Source: Candidatus Dormiibacterota bacterium (GTDB lineage Bacteria; Chloroflexota; Dormibacteria; Aeolococcales; Aeolococcaceae). From it: DNA of 55,738 bases. This document shows positions 55,635 through 55,738 of this stretch, piece after piece. The position numbers were made by a program, and so were the translations under genes. Under the pieces are notes generated by a model that saw only the letters and a program-made list of their open reading frames with translations, had not been told where the DNA came from and made no database searches. Within the stretch, counting starts at the first letter, position 1. The number at the start of each line of letters is the position of its first letter. Where the stretch lies: NCBI GenBank assembly GCA_049287785.1, contig JBAQGL010000007.1, positions 1 through 55,738 of the forward strand, written 5' to 3'.

Positions 55635-55738
55635 GGGGGCGTACTGGTTTCGACGGGGTCGTGGGTCGTGCGAATGCGAGTCGAGCCCCGGGCTCGTAAA
55701 ACCGGGAAAAATATACGTGCGAATAACGCACCCCTCGC
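55635..55738 (+). ncRNA. ssrA: tmRNA (SsrA), 5' part; truncated by the window end
   Basis: GGGGGCGTACTGGTTTCGACGGGG... is the canonical tmRNA 5' acceptor/tRNA-like start. ...GCGAATAACGCACCCCTCGC reads A-N-N-A-P-L-A as a plausible start of the tag ORF. Confidence 0.8.

Overview
This is a high-G+C bacterial chromosome segment, about 70 % G+C by hand counts on single 60-nt lines. I cannot assign a taxon.

The flanks are ordinary housekeeping DNA. On the left are lhr (partial), an orphan HAMP-GAF histidine kinase, a solo dnaK, pcm, gatCAB, an RlmD-like methyltransferase, dnaE, yggT and lgt. On the right are a translationally coupled gmk-coaC-coaB-priA-def-fmt-smpB string, hflX, an MFS transporter, gdhA and the 5' part of tmRNA at the window edge.

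The middle (25763-43617) is a 17.9-kb integrated element bounded by a perfect 53-bp direct repeat. That repeat is the 3' part of tRNA-Leu(CAA). The element carries:
- a tyrosine integrase and an excisionase-type HTH protein;
- a DUF4160/DUF2442 gene pair;
- a MobF/TrwC relaxase-helicase, with no T4SS;
- an array of ~18-bp tandem repeats (candidate oriT or iterons);
- a 1349-aa DUF4011 / SF1 helicase / PD-(D/E)xK nuclease protein;
- a 266-aa orphan protein with an RNxxxH (HEPN-like) motif;
- a lower-G+C six-gene cassette encoding only exported proteins and lipoproteins of no family I recognise, split by an IS110-type transposase relic.

A tRNA-Ala-like 3' fragment marks an internal mosaic junction. 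Just outside attL, a DUF2442 gene-end relic and a lower-G+C Fic gene point to an older, decayed occupant of the same tRNA site. A complete IS110-family element sits between an ECF sigma factor gene and gmk. I saw no rRNA, CRISPR array or cas genes.

The best candidates for something new are the exported-protein cassette and the helicase-nuclease plus HEPN-like pair. All functional calls rest on motif recognition by eye, and no searches were run.
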